Shown here piece after piece: positions 63,266 to 64,000 of a stretch of DNA of 64,000 nt. Every line of letters begins with the position of its first letter. Position 1 is the stretch's first letter. Under the pieces are notes generated by a model that worked only from the letters and a program-made list of their open reading frames with translations, was not told the origin of the DNA and searched no databases. The translations under genes and the position numbers were made by a program. The DNA comes from Callorhinchus milii (taxonomy: Eukaryota). The DNA lies in NCBI RefSeq assembly GCF_018977255.1, contig NW_024704743.1:81718001-81782000 (forward strand). Reading direction: 5' to 3'.

Positions 63266-64000
63266 AAAGGCCAACATGAGACATAATATGAGAAAATTTG
63301 AATGGAAAAATTAAAATTTTCCAGCATGATTAAACAAGATTATGATAGGAAATACAAATAGTCATGTCATTTCCTAGAAACTGCGACAAATGCATTGCCT
63401 GGTAGGTGAGAATTAATGTGGACTGAGATTGCCTGAAGCTAAAGACCGAGAGCATCAGTTAACACTTCAAGGACTGATAGGATAATACTTTACTTGTAGA
63501 TACAAATTGCCACCAGTACAGGCTTTAAGATTAATTAAAGAAAAAGAGGAAATTATTTATTTATTTCAATGAGGACTTAAATATATTGACTTTTTTTACC
63601 CTGTAACTTCATCACAATTTTCACCTGACAGCTGCAAAACACATATGTTAGTAGTGACAATTAGTGTCTTATTTAAAGAAAAGAGGCAGTAAATATTGTC
63701 GATCATGGGCACAATCAATTGTGGGGAAGCATTTAACATATGCCAGATCCCTGACTTACTGTTAGGCCCAAAATAAGTGGAGCTTTCTAATGCTTGTAAA
63801 CATGGCCAGTGGGAGTCAAACTCTTTGACACTTCCAAACTCCACTTCCCTTACACCAAGTTTGTTGCCAGGCCTAAGACCATTATTTCTTCAGTTCCTCA
63901 GTCGAGTGATTACCACCTTTTCTGCATTAGACTGACTAAGCACTACTCATAAATGTGTTCAGTATGTGACTTGCCTGAGGTCTTGTCAAATGTTTCATTA

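Overview
Vertebrate non-coding DNA, with no convincing host protein-coding gene. It is dominated by non-LTR retrotransposons: many 5'-truncated, frameshifted L2-clade LINE copies of at least two 3'-tail types (one near-full-length copy with APE endonuclease and RT), older CR1 3' ends, about 12 copies of a ~310-bp tRNA(Ala)-headed SINE sharing its 3' stem-loop with L2, and many decayed Deu-domain SINEs. Two further old retroposon families, a few DNA-transposon MITEs and a 25-N gap are also present. The repeat content suggests a cartilaginous fish, probably a holocephalan such as Callorhinchus; this is inference from remembered repeat families, not a search. Almost all track ORFs are LINE/SINE reading frames or chance ORFs. 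Most notable: (1) a ~240-bp insertion with a 12-bp TSD made of two inverted Penelope-type terminal repeats, each with a minimal hammerhead-ribozyme core; (2) signs that the SINE tail co-evolves with the L2 tail, with reciprocal nesting; (3) an unclassified A-tailed, possibly Pol III retroposon; (4) a templated ~40-bp insertion and two candidate small exons. Coordinates were read by eye, and old-repeat boundaries are approximate.
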